A stretch of 64,000 bases of DNA, taken from the NCBI GenBank assembly GCA_013239625.1, contig MU053216.1, positions 496,001 through 560,000 of the forward strand. The letters are read 5' to 3'. This DNA comes from Lama guanicoe (lineage: Eukaryota). Position 1 is the first letter of the stretch, and the number at the start of each line of letters is the position of its first letter. Positions 46,451-58,592 of the stretch are shown here, one piece after another. The translations under genes and the position numbers were made by a program. Below the pieces are notes generated by a model. It did not search any database, was not told the origin of the DNA, and worked only from the letters and a program-made list of their open reading frames with translations.

Positions 46451-49400
46451 CAGAACACGACGTGAGCAGTTCTCTAGAAGGATCCCTGGTGCACAGCGGG
46501 GGCCACAGAAGTCTGGAGCTGGGGACACAGAGACAGAGGCACCTGTGGGGTGCAGCTGTCCAGAGGACGGCGAGGAGCAGAGTCCAGGAAAACTGAAGGT
46601 TCGGGTGCATGGAGGGACAGGTCATGGCTGAGCCCCAGGCCTGGGCGGACAGCTAGACCCTCCCCTGTGCAGGAAAGGTGAGTCAAATCTGGTGCAAGGT
46701 TGGGATAAAACCTCTGCCTTGTACACGTGAGGCCCTGTCCCAGCGAGCTGTTCAGGTGGAGCTGCAGGAGAGTCACCTGTGGTGCAGGAGAAGACAAGAG
46801 CAAACGCTGAGGTACAAGGTCAGAGGCGGGGTGGGTCAAGTTGCCAGAGAGCATGCAGAGCACTTGGGGGTGCAGGGTGAGGCCAAGGAGCCCCCACACT
46901 CGTGAAGAAAATGGAGCGAAGGTGTGGAAAGGCAGGTGGCCAAGCTCCCGTTCCTCCGAGGCCAGAAAAAGACGAAGGAAGCTGTCTGGGCGGCCAGAGT
47001 TGAAAGTCACTCACATAGTTGGTTGGCAAACACCAGCCAGGGCTCCCAGGAGCGGAACCAGCTGGGAAGTGACTTTCCTAGAAACCTGCTGACCAGAAAA
47101 GCACTGTCCTGCCCAGAGGCCCCACGTGCTGTGTGAGAGTCGGAACCCCAAGAGAGAAGGGGGGGAGAAAGAGGAAATGGTAAATCTCATGCACCCTCAG
47201 ACAAGGGAAGGGGAGCATCTTTGGCCTTTGAAACATCCTGCCTTTCTGGCTTCTTCTTGTTTGTTCTTTTTGTGGGGACAGGAGACACGGGGCTGCTGCA
47301 GGGCCGGGCTGCATGGGGTTCACAGTGTCACAGTGAAGACGCAGGGTCCTTCTGGGAGTCAGATCAGACGAGGACTCGACCGTCCCCTTCTCTGGCTGCC
47401 ACCCTGGCAGCCTCCACTGCAGAGGAAGGCTGGGCCTCCTACTTCCACCTCCCTGGCCTCAGGATGGGGCTGAGGAAGGATGGCAGGGTCTGCACAGGGT
47501 GCCCAGTCCTCATCCTGAGCGTCCTGGGGTCCATCTCCCGAAGATGCTTCCCGCATCCTGGACAGCTGCCCTGGGGCCTGCCTCAGAGCTGGTCGGATCC
47601 CTCTGCCTGCAGCTCCGGCACCGAGGCTGCTGTCCCTGAAACCCACCACCTGCCGTGTGGTGCTAAACACTCAACAGAAGCATCATACTTCATCTTTACT
47701 TTTTTACCCCAGCTCAGAGAGGTACAGTAACCTGCTTGAGGACACACAGCTGGGATCCAAATGCAGGTTTGTCCAACCCAAAAGCTGAGACTCTCAGCCA
47801 CTTCTCTGTGCAGCCTTACGGAAGTTTAACACAAGAAGGGGCCTGAAGAGGATGTACACTTATTTTCCAGAAATGGAAATTGCTTTCCAGAGAAGTTGAG
47901 CACCAAGGCCAGGCACCCGGCGATGCAGGGTCAACACCAGCACTCACAGATGGGGAGTGGAGAAATGGCCCCCCTCCGCTCCTGCCCGTGAATGTGCCCC
48001 TGTGGGTTGCACCTGATAAACTCTGAGCCCCGCCCAGAGGGGCACCCCCCTCTGCCCGGCCTGGGCTTCCTCGGTTCTTTACAGTGGTTGGGACGTCAGA
48101 GGCCACTAGGTGGAGCCAGACGTCCAGAGATGGACGTTCAGGGCCACCTTCACTCCATCAGCCCTAACCCAGCCCACCCTGCCCGAGCCTGGCCCACAGA
48201 CAACCTGCTGCTGCCTCTGCTGCTGTCGGAGGGAGGGACAGGGAGGAGGCAGGCCCCGGGGTGGGGGCCGACATGCGGGGATGTGGGGATGTACCTGCTG
48301 CTCCACTCCACCCCTCTCTCCTGAGGGCACCCAGCGTGGGTCCCCTCAGGGGTCCGCCTCCCAGGCAAAGTCTCCTCTCCTGGACCGACCTGGGTCAGCC
48401 TCCGACTCAGAGGCAAGCCAAGAAGAGGGCAAAGCCCCTTCCGCCCTTGGGAATGCCTCCAGGACCCCAGGGATTCCCCCACCCTCCTCCCTGGGGATTC
48501 CCCCCCACGCTGGCCCTGGGAAAGGTACTCAGGTAGCACAGGGCGGGACAGGTTGGGGCTGCCCCCGGCATTGAGTGGGGAGAGGGCTGGTGTGGGGGTG
48601 CCGCCCGAGGAAGTAGCTAAGAGCCGACATTTCCTCGAGAAAGTTCCACGAGCCGCACCATCCAGCGATGGAAACAGACGGTTGGGATTCGGCTCCTTCG
48701 GTGGCTCTGAGGCTTCCTGGCTGTGTGTACCCGGCTTTGGCCCAGCAGGGAACTGCTCTGCGCCTCATCTGTGGTGAGGGGCAGCAACAGCCTGCTCGTG
48801 AAGACCAAGTGGGCTGGCCTGTCAGTCGCTGGACCAGTGCCTGGGACTCAGGACGCAGAGGGGAGGGGGGCTGCTGCCAGGGTGACCCCTGACTCTCACC
48901 CCGGCCCCACGAGGCCGCTGCATTACCATCTTCGCTTCACGGATCTGGAGCTGAACACAGAGGCAGGAGGCAGCCAGAGGCAAGCAGGCTAACTCGAGAG
49001 GGCTCCTCCCCTGCCAGGGCTCGGTGCCTGCCGCTGGCACCAGGCCCGAGGGTGCCCACGGGGCCCCGCTGCACCAGTGAGCAACACGGGCATGACCTCT
49101 GCCCCTTGAGACTCACCTTCGGGGAGGGCGGCAGCCACTGGAAAAACCACGCCCCGAAGAGCGCAAGCATAGCCTGTGAGGAAAGACGTGGGAGGACGGG
49201 GCACGAGGTCCAGGGACCGCTCTGTCCGTTGCTTTCTCCTGGGGGAAGGTGGGGGTGTCAGCCTGGGCCTGAGGCCTCACAAGGGTGCCGTGGCAATGGA
49301 ATGGGCGTCGTGGGGACCGTTTACGAAGGGACGGCTTCGGCGGTCATGAGCGCCAGAGCGCCTCGGAGCGTGGTCCTTGGGTCCCCAGCCCCTGGGGGCC

Positions 49401-52400
49401 GAGCGGAGGGCCTGCGTCCGGGCCCCGCCGCAGACCGGCTCCATCAGACCCGACGGGACCGGCCTTCCAGGTTTCACGAAGCCCCCCAGAGGACGTGCAG
49501 GCGGGGTCCGGTCAGCACATCAGGTACCCCCGCTGCCTCCACGGATGGGATGGAGGGCGCTGCCCCTGTGGGGTCTTGGGGCCGAGCTGGTGGGAGGCTC
49601 CCAGACCACAGCCCCTCAACTCTGGGTAGCAGGGCCTGTCTCCCAGCAGCTCCCTCAGCACCTGGCCTTCAGGAGATGCTTAACACACGTGTGAAAGGAA
49701 AAATAACTCGGCAGAGGCACAAAACCGCTCACAGAGTCCCACCTGAGGGGTCCCCAGTGTGGGCAGATGCCCCCAGAAGCCCCTCCCCTGGGGTCTCACT
49801 GTCACAGCCGTGCCCTGGTTCCCCAGACTGTCATGCTCCAAACATGGCTCACCACCGCCCCCCTCCCGCCCCAGTCAGCCCAGCTGAGGCAAGGCTGGGA
49901 TGTTCCAGCATGCGGAGGGTCGGATGCCACCGTGATGTAAGCCGCGTACGAAGAACCAACAGCCTAGCGGGCGAGGTGTCATCCTGCCCCTGACGCCGGG
50001 GCTCCTCCGCTGAGCTCCGGCCAGCACCCAGCCCTGGGGCGCCCCAGGCACTGCTGTCTTCCAGCGGGGAAGGGAGGGCCTCCCACCTAAAGCCAGCACT
50101 CCAGGTCAGGGCCTCCCCGCAGGGACCCTCCAGGCCCAGCCAGCTGGCCCCGTCAAAAGGCTTATGGGATTCATAGTCTCTGTAGGGGGAGTAAGTCACG
50201 TAGGTGTTTATTTAACAAGTGCTTATTGACTCCTGTTATGCGCCAGACACACGACTTACTGCTAGTGACAACCAGCCGCCGTCTGAGCCCCTCACCGCTG
50301 ACAGGGAAGCCGCTGCCTCTCAGAGCAGCTCGCTCCAGTTTTAGACGGCTGTAAGGTGGGCGGTGCACCTTGTCAGAAATGTGAGTCCAGGAAAACCCAC
50401 TCACCCCCTGGCAGAGATAGGACACACCGAGGACCCAGGTGGGAGATGCAGTCAGCAGACGCAAAGTCAGCTCCAGAAGGAACAGGACCAGCCCCAGTGA
50501 CAGGTGGAGGCGCATGTGACCAGCAGGTCGGGACGCTTGAGGACAGCTGGACGGTGCTGGGCGTGTTAAAGAAGGCTTTCTACGCAGAAGTCTTAGAAGG
50601 GCTTCTCCCGGGGCAGAGTCTGGGGGCGGAGAGGGAGCTAGCTGGGCAAAGAGGAGGTGGAGCAGAAGTTCCAGGCAGGAAGGTGGCTGGCGGGGAGGAA
50701 AGGTGGCTTCTGGGAAGGATCAGTCCGCTGAGCGGAGCAGTGGTCACCAGGCTGGAGGAGGGAGCCTGGCTCCCGGAACTCAAGACCAGGCCCTGAGGAG
50801 CCGGGCAGGGGTGGGGCGAGGCTGGAGAAGCCTAGGAAACCCACGGAAGGCGCCCCTGCTTCTTCCCTCTGCCCCTTCCCAAGTGAGCCAGCCCCAGGGC
50901 GTCCGAGTCCCTGAACCTCTCCTGGCTCTCCACCTCGAGGGGCAGGAGGGCAGGCCGGAGGGCTCTGGAGTCTGGGACGTGGTCCTGGAGCCCTGGGATG
51001 GTGGGAGGGCCAGGATGAAACCCTAGGGGCTATGGCTGTGAGGGGGCCGACTACAGTGGCGGAGGGGACACTGCGGGAAGACACCCCCACTTCTTCTTGG
51101 GTGGTGACTGTCTGGGAGGTGAAGGGGGCTCTAGACAGAGCAGTCCCGGGGCCCTGCCCCGATGGCTGGCCCCCAGGTGCTGGTGCCGACCCCACCTCCC
51201 TCTGGCACCCCAACCCACAGCCCCAGGCGAGCAGATAATTCCTGGCCGGGTGCCCCAGCCATGTCCTTTCTGCTTTCCTGCCCTGATGTTCTGACACAAG
51301 CTGCCCACCAGGCTCAACACGAACGAATGTGGTTCGGAGCCAGGGAGGAGGCATGGCCTTGCCCGGGCAGCACCTGCCAGGCCGTGTCAGGGCACAGGCT
51401 GGGGTGCTGAAGGAGGGTGGTCGGACTTCCGCTCTGGGGTCCTTCTGAGCCCAAGAGCGGCTCCGACCTCCTCCCTCTCCCCAGGGTGAGCGGTTGTCCG
51501 GACGCAGCGGGAGGTTGGATGCGCCACGTCCTCGCTCTACGGCCCTGGGCAAGGTCTCCTGAGCTGACCCTCAGCTTTCCTGGCTGCAAGTGGGGTAATG
51601 GAACTCCCGCAAAGGCTCTTCTGAAAGTCACACTGCACAGCAAAGGGGCCTTCCAGACACAAAGCGGGCTCCTCACGAGGGTCTCCTTCCTCTTCCTTCA
51701 CACCTGCCTCAGCTCCTGGCCCCACAAGAGCCGTCCTCAGTGGCCCTGGACCCTTATGTTCATGCAGCGCAGCCCCCAAGCCCCCACCCTACATCGGGAG
51801 GCCCCAGGGCCTGTCATCCAGCCAGCCTGGCAATGGGCTCTGACTCAGAGCGCCCAGGGACCTCAGGCCACACGGCCAGGAGCCCAGCACGCGACGGGCC
51901 CTCCTAGTGTGACACGTTTACTCCAAGCCCACTTCAGTCATCGCCCAAATTGGGGCGAAGAGGTGGGGAGGGCGTCAGAGGACGGACAGAGCCTCCTGCT
52001 ACATCTCCTGTGGGAGGGACGGGGACTTGGGGAGCAAGTCCCAGAGGAGGCTGAACAGACTCAGAGCCCCCACCCCCGCTGGGTCTGTCCCACCCGGAAC
52101 TGCAGGGCCTGCCGGCTGCCCAAGCCCTTGGGTGGGATTGGCCTGTGGATGAGCAGATGGGCTTCTGGCCGAGCCTAGACCCCTCCCACCTCCGGCTGCC
52201 CCTGGTTGTAGGGGTCACATCTTGCCCACTTCTGATTCATCCTGGACTCACTCTTCTCTCCCGTCCAAATCAGCTCACAAGTTCTGCAGTCCGCAGGGCT
52301 CACCGGGCTAGGTCCTGCGGCCTCGGGAGCTGAGAGGGAGGCGTTTTGCTGAAGCCGCCCTACGTGAGGACAGACTGCAGGGAGGCGGGTGCCTGGCAGC

Positions 52401-53768
52401 ACCGGCCCCTGGCGTCCTGACACCTCCTGGGGGTTGAGGCTTTGGTCCTGCTGGGGCTGTGCAGGGCTTCAGCCAAGGCCAGGCCCGGGGTCAGCACTCG
52501 CAGCAACAGCACCCTGCGTCTGCAGGACGTGCGTGTCCACCTCCCGGGACCCCCCCAGGGTCGCCCGAGGCAGGTCTGGACGGCGGTCGTCTTCCTCGGG
52601 GGAGGCCCCTCCCCACGCAGCCCTGCTCCAGCACCCATGAGCCACCAGCAACCCTTGGGCTCAGCCCACTTCTGCGATGGCAGATCCCGGCCTCCCGGGC
52701 CTCGGCGTGTTCCAGGGCACAGTCCCTTCTCCGGGCCACCTAGGGGCACCTAGGACACCCTCCAGGGTGGCCCATGAGCCCAAGACTGACCGGGCTCCTG
52801 GAACTTAGGCAGGACGCCCTCATCAACACAGTGGGCCCCGCCCCCCTGGATGAGCCCCTCGCTGGCCCTGGCCCTCATCCGTAGGGTGGAGCTTTGCTGG
52901 AGGAGCTCGGACCCTTAAGGCCATGACTCCCAGGGAACTTCCGTGAGCACCACCTAGCTGATTTTTATTTGGCTTCGGTTTTGATTTTTGCCTATGATGA
53001 GGGAAATTTTTGGACCCCTGGGCCTAACAGTCCACAGAAAGCTGGAACTGGACGTTGCAATCTCCCGGACCCCCAGGGGCTGGGGGGAAGTGGAGCCGGC
53101 AGGGACCTTGGTGGAGGCAGGAAGGCGCACGCCTCCACCTGTGCAGGTGCCCGTGGCCAGGCCTGTGTGTCTCTGTGAACCACCCCAGCATGGAGCTGGC
53201 CACGGGCAGGCGTGTTTATATTTCTTTCTCGAGTGGTTGGGGCAGGGGTGTGGTCCAACAGATGGCTAGCCGGGTACAGGTGTGTCCAGCTGGAAGAGGC
53301 ACCCGGCCCGGGCCTCCAGATTGGCTGTCAGTGAGTCATGGCAGCTGGGCTCTCGGAGCGAAGTGAACAGGCCATCATGGAGTCAGGGTCATGCCCGGCC
53401 TTATCTTCAGGGCCTTCTCTGCCAGCCCAGACGGACAATGTCCCCGTATCAGCAGTGACGCGCGTAGGCGGCTGACTCCAGGTCAGTGGGACATGCCCTC
53501 TGGGTCGCCTTCCCAGCAGGCTGCGGATCACCTCAACCTCGCCACGCCCAACACCACAGCCCTCCCAGGGCCTGTGGCCCCCCCATGGGGGGGACAGGGG
53601 GGCCAGCTGGCTGGCCGACTGTAACCCAGCAAAGCCATCTAGGGGTCTTCTCAGTCCCTAAAGGCCCACCTGAACTGACCAGCAACATACAAATCTTAGT
53701 GGGTAACAGACATTCTAGAAACCAGCTCCAGACTCTGGGAAGGGCCCCCAGGGAGATGGCAGGGAGGT

Positions 53769-53782
53769 GTTGCCATGGTAAC
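53769..53782. promoter_or_regulatory. RFX X-box
   Basis: GTTGCCATGGTAAC, a 13/14 match to the palindromic X-box GTTGCCATGGCAAC. Confidence 0.55.
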
Positions 53783-55674
53783 TCGCAACCTTCGGAGGAT
53801 CCTGCAAGAAGGAGAGGCAGGAGCAAGGGACCCCAACCCCAGGTCTCTGGACACGTGGCCCATGGGATGCGTCCTGCCTCACAGTCCCAAGTCACAGGCA
53901 CCCACAGAGCTTTCCACCTCCCAGGCCCTTGGTGGGTGTGGCTTTGTGTCATTCCAGGAGGGTGGGCTCCATGCCTGTCCCAAGCCCCAGATAGACAGAG
54001 CAAGGCCTCCATGGAGACATGGGCTGCCCAAGGCCACAGGCAGGGGCCGGCAGCCAGCAGGAGCAGACACAGGGACATCTACCCTTCTTGCCTTGACAAA
54101 GCTCTCTCCCTGCCTGGCCACCCAAATGGCCGCAGCCCCCAGCCCTCCCTCGGGGGCCTGGGACCACTCTTGGGGATGGTGAGGACTGGCCTGACCACCT
54201 TGACTCAGACCTGCAACTTCTGAGAAGCTCCAAGCTTTCAAGAAACCACCACACGTTTCCCCATCTGTCTTCCCCCTTTGTCTGCCTACCTGAGCAGAAT
54301 ACAATTTTTGTGTCTGGGTGGGGGGGGGCATTGAGCTGGGGGGGCCCAGGCCAGCTCCCTGTGGCGGCCAGGCCATCGCCAGTACCCGAGACCCAGTCCC
54401 GCCTGCCAGGCGGGCACAGCAGCCATGTAGGGTGCCTGGGCAGAGCGCCAGAGGAAATTTTCCACCTGCCTGGCTTCGCTCTGTGGTCTGGAGCCTGGGC
54501 CTGGGGAGGGGCTGCCCCCACGGTACCTGGAGGAGAGCCGCCCCCAACACGCGGCCAACCCTCACCTCGTCCCATGACAGCCAGCAGTGTCGCTCTGTCC
54601 CCCTGAGAGAGGCAGGGGCTACTTGGCTCACCCGATGAGCAGATGGGGACACTGAGGCATCAGAGAGCAAGAGACCAAGGGCACAGGAGGAGGTGGTGGC
54701 CAGGCCAGGCCTCAGAGCCAGACTCACAACACAGTGTCCCTGACCACATCTCCCAGGCTCCCCAGAGCTCACCTCTCCCTGATCTCACTCCTCCACCCCA
54801 GGAGCCCAGGCCCCTCCCACACCCTGTCCTCCCTTCTTGGCACAAAGTTCGCGGGCTCTGTGTGTGTGTGTGTATGTGTGAGAGTGTGTGTGTGTCCCTG
54901 GCCGGGCTCTGCCTGGCTGCCTGGGGCTGAGGGTGGGGCCGAGGCTGCACCAGGACCCATGTGACGACTGAAACCAGGGATGGCCACCGAGGCCGGAAGG
55001 CTCCCTGGGAGAGACTAGAGGCAGAGGGCTGAGGACTCCGCTCTGGGTGGGGCGGGGGTGAAACCCAGGGCCTCTGGGAGGGCAGGGCTTCTGGCTTGCC
55101 CCTCAGATCTCTTGCCTTGCTGAGGAGGAGTCCAAGACCCCATCCCCGCCTTAGGCCACTTGCAGGGATGGGGTCAGACGTCACCCCGTGTTCCCAGGCT
55201 CAGAGCCTGGCATCTCTCCCTCCCACGGTGAGGTGACCCAGGTGCACCTGCTCCTGTGAGTAAACAGCAAAGGAAGGCCTGGGGCTGGGGCGGCCGAGGC
55301 TGAAACTGGGAGCCCGGGGCCCATGAGTCATGCTCTCGATGCGTGGCCACCAGGGAGGAGGGCAGGAGGGAGGATCCGGGCCACGACACAGGCGGGTCTG
55401 GGCCCCACGCTCCTCCCCTGGGACTCCTGAAAGTGTCCTCAGCAATGTCTCTTACAGCCTCTTCATCTCACTGAGTTAGGCTGCACCCTAGAGGCAGCCC
55501 AGAGAGGACAAGTGACTTGTCTGCACACACACAGCATGTTAGTGTCTCAGACTCCTGAGCTGTGGATTCAGATCCCAGAGTCGGGAACAGAGCTCCAGCA
55601 GGCTTGCCCTGCTCTGCCCAGTCCAACCCGCTGCCCACTGGGAGAGAGATTTGTAACTGCAACCTGGGATGGGG

Positions 55675-55777
55675 CCTGACGTCACCCAGGTGTCACTGCT
55701 CCATCCCCGGAAGCCCTTCCCGGTGGTGTGAAGTCACAGGGCTGGACCAGTTCTGCCGGGAAGAAAGTTCCACCCTG
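55675..55777 (+). repeat. Inverted, diverged copy of the CRE-containing module at 57565-57663
   Basis: cctgacgtcacccaggtgtcac...ggaagc...ggtgtgaagtcacagggctggaccag..gggaagaa...ccaccctg aligns with the reverse complement of 57565-57663; full CRE TGACGTCA at 55677-55684. Confidence 0.85.
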
Positions 55778-56219
55778 GGAGGCAGGGTGGACGACTGAGG
55801 GATCCGGGTCTAGGCTTGTGTTTGCACAAGATTGAGCTCCCCCGCGACTCCCCGTGGCCTCGGCGGTTCCCTGTCCTCCCTGCCCCGCTTCCCTCCCCCC
55901 CGACACCAGGCTCCTGGTGCTGGTCCTGTGGGTGACTGAGTCAGCTCTCTGGGGCCAGGTCACAAATACCACGAAGTGGAGCCTTCCCTGGCCATGCTGG
56001 TATTGGGGTCAGGAGGGAGGAATTTAGAGAATTCAGAGATTCGGGTCATCCTAGCAAAGCTCAGCCTGTCCCCTGGCTGAGCCCTGGGCTGGTGTCTGGC
56101 CTCACGGAGCCTCCGCTGGAAACACGTCCGTCCCCACGGGGCTGTCCTGACAGTTACAGGCAACGATCCGTGTTACTCCACCCGCGGCCTGGCTTGGGGC
56201 AACAGGGGCTCACGTTTTG

Positions 56220-56332
56220 TTTGGTCTTTGCTTTGTTTTTTGAGGGGGGTAATTAGGGCTATGTACTTAACAGAGGCATGGGGGACTGAACCCAGAGCCT
56301 TGTGCAAGCGGAGCATATGCTCTGCTCCCAAT
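56220..56332 (-). mobile_element. 5'-truncated tRNA-derived SINE (vic-1-like) with perfect 16-bp target-site duplication
   Basis: TSD aggggctcacgttttg at 56204-56219 and 56333-56348; the reverse strand reads gcatatgctccgcttgcacaaggctctgggttcagtcccc...ccctaattaccccc plus an A-rich tail. Confidence 0.85.
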
Positions 56333-56714
56333 AGGGGCTCACGTTTTGGAAGATCAAGGGCAAAGTATCCAGAGGCGGATGCTGCCATCAATGGGCCAAA
56401 TCCAGGAGAACCACCTCGAGCCCCTGCCTCGCATTTCCTCAGCAACCCCCTCTGACACCAGGGCCGGAGTGTCCTCTGCCCATCAAGACAGACGGAAGGA
56501 TGGGTGGACAGTCGGATGGACAAGGGGGACGCTGGGCCCCTCTCCCAGACGGGGAGTCGTGCTGGCAGCGAGCCTTCTGTTACCCCAAAACCACTGCCCC
56601 CCCGAGTCTCTTCCTCACCGTGAGCCTCACCCCCCCAACTCGGAGCCTGGAGGGCTGGCCGGCGGGCGGGGGCCTCCTGCCAGTGCACAGCACTCTGTCT
56701 CTGCTCCTCCGGGT

Positions 56715-56900
56715 TTCTGTTTTATTGGAGCAAAGTGCGATTACAACGTGCAGTGCTGTGTTGGCCTGTGTGCGCAGCACAGCGGCCCAGTCATACACGC
56801 TTGTGCGTTCCTTTTCGTATTCTTTTCTGTGACAGGTTATTACAAGGTACTGAGTACAGTTCCCTGTGCTGCACAGAAGGACCTTGCTCTTCACATCTGC
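56715..56900 (-). mobile_element. L1 3'-end fragment (artiodactyl-type)
   Basis: ttttattggagcaaagtgcgattacaa...caggttattacaaggtactgagtacagttccctgtgctgcacagaaggaccttg is an antisense L1 3' UTR signature. Confidence 0.7.
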
Positions 56901-57247
56901 TCTCTTTCTTGCTGTTTGTCACGGGCCTCACCCTACCATCCGTGCTCTCCTCTCCAATGAGATGTCAACTCCCCCGTTCCTCTCCTGTCTCCCAGTGTCT
57001 CTAAATCCCAGAGTCCAGGGCAGGGGGCTACCCCTAGAGTGAACGAGTGAGTCCCCAGTCCCAGGTGTCCAGGGGCAGAGACCCGAAGACCCTCCTCCCA
57101 CCCACATGCACATATGAACCCACGGGGCTGTGTGCACCCCTGGGACAGGGGCTCTGTTGCTCCACAGCGCCTGCTGGGATGGGGAGGCTCCCCTGCTCCA
57201 GGATACTCCACATGGCGGGGGAGAAGGGAGAGGGGGACTGAAAGTGC

Positions 57248-57261
57248 ATAACCATGGCAAC
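57248..57261. promoter_or_regulatory. RFX X-box-like site
   Basis: ATAACCATGGCAAC, with one perfect half-site, ~330 bp from the CRE array. Confidence 0.4.
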
Positions 57262-57589
57262 CATCCACCCTGGACCTCAAGGAGACGCAGCCAGGAACTC
57301 AGTGTATCCAGGAGTGTTACTCAGGCCCACAGGTGCCCAGCACTGGGCTAGGCCCCTGGGGAAGCAGAAATGGGGAGGCCAAGCAAGCAGACTGTGCTGG
57401 CAGTGACAGCCTGGGTGCGGGGACAAAGGAGCTGGGGGTCCTAGAGCCGGGAATCACCCAAATCTAGCCGCAGGGTATAGAGTGGGAGGGGCATCAGAGC
57501 CAGGACGGAAGGGGAGGTCGGTCTGGGCAGGGAGAGGAGTGTGGTTCGTGGCACAGAGAGGAGACAGGGTGGGATGTTCTTCCCAGAAA

Positions 57590-57832
57590 AGCTGGTCCAG
57601 CCCTGTGATGTCACACCCCAGGGCAGCGCTTCCTGGGACCCGTGACACCTGGCTGACGTCAGGGACACAGCAGAGCTGGTCCAGCCCTGTGATGTCACAC
57701 CCAGGGCAGGGCTTCCAGGGACCCGTGACACCTGGCTGACGTCAGGGACACAGCAGAGCTGGTCCAGCCCTGTGATGTCACACCCCAGGGCAGGGCTTCC
57801 TGGGACCTGTGACACCCGGCTGGCGTCAGGGA
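57590..57832 (+). repeat. Tandem repeat, ~84-bp unit x ~2.9, each unit carrying CRE and CRE-like sites
   Basis: Units start at 57590, 57674 and 57757 (agctggtccagccctgtgatgtcacac...). TGACGTCA at 57654-57661 and 57737-57744; TGGCGTCA in unit 3. Confidence 0.92.
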
Positions 57833-58592
57833 GGCAGAGCTCCAGGGAAATTCAGGGGCCTAGGGAGATGCTGTAGCTCATGGGGAGGGTGCAGGATTGC
57901 ACGTGTGCGTACTTCAAGTGAGTGAACGTTACTGTGAGGAACAGATTCTCCAGCGGTTGCTTTAAAAGAGGGGGCAGGGTAGGGAGCAGAAGAGACGGAA
58001 GGCCCCTGCTGAGGGGGGTAGGGGAGATGTGTGGGTGAGGTCCAGAGGTGTCTGCAGGTGGAGCGGGCTTTGTTTGGAAGGTCCCAGCTCCAGGTCAGTG
58101 TGGAGAACACTCAAGTCTCCTGTGTGATGCAAGTCACCATCGTGTTTCCCCAGACGACGACTCTTTCTCATCTTTACCACCGACGGTCATTCCCAGAGTT
58201 CTGGAAATCTCACGTTCTTCATCTGGAAATATGGGTCTTAATCCCTTCCCTGACAGCTATCGCAGGGTTCCTGTGAGGATGAAATCAGAAAACACATACA
58301 AAAGCGTTTCACTGCAGGGGCCTTAAATGAGTAAAGTGAGAGATGGTCCTAGAGCTCTGTCCATCCTCTGTCCTGCGTGGCTGGGTCCGTTACGGACTCC
58401 GTGAAGACAGGGACCTGGCGTAGACTTCTGTTTCAGTCGCTGGGGCAGTTCTCATCCCACAGAAGGTAAGACAGGCCTTGATGAGAGTCCTTTAAGATAA
58501 AGGTCTTAAACCCTGAGGACTCTTTTTGGCCGCATTTTCCACTTCTCTGGGCTGTTTGGCATGACGCTGCAGCTGCTGGTGCTGGGCGATAG

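Noticed and set aside
52990-53070. Possible C/D snoRNA (ATGATGA box C)
   Set aside because: No box D (CTGA) or terminal stem at a suitable distance, and not within a known host intron.
53533-54078. ORF starting MSLCLLLLAAGPCLWPWAA (signal-peptide-like)
   Set aside because: Poor Kozak context, no supporting exon structure and no recognisable family.
57590-57832. CRISPR-like array
   Set aside because: Mammalian DNA; whole units repeat with no unique spacers and there are no cas genes.
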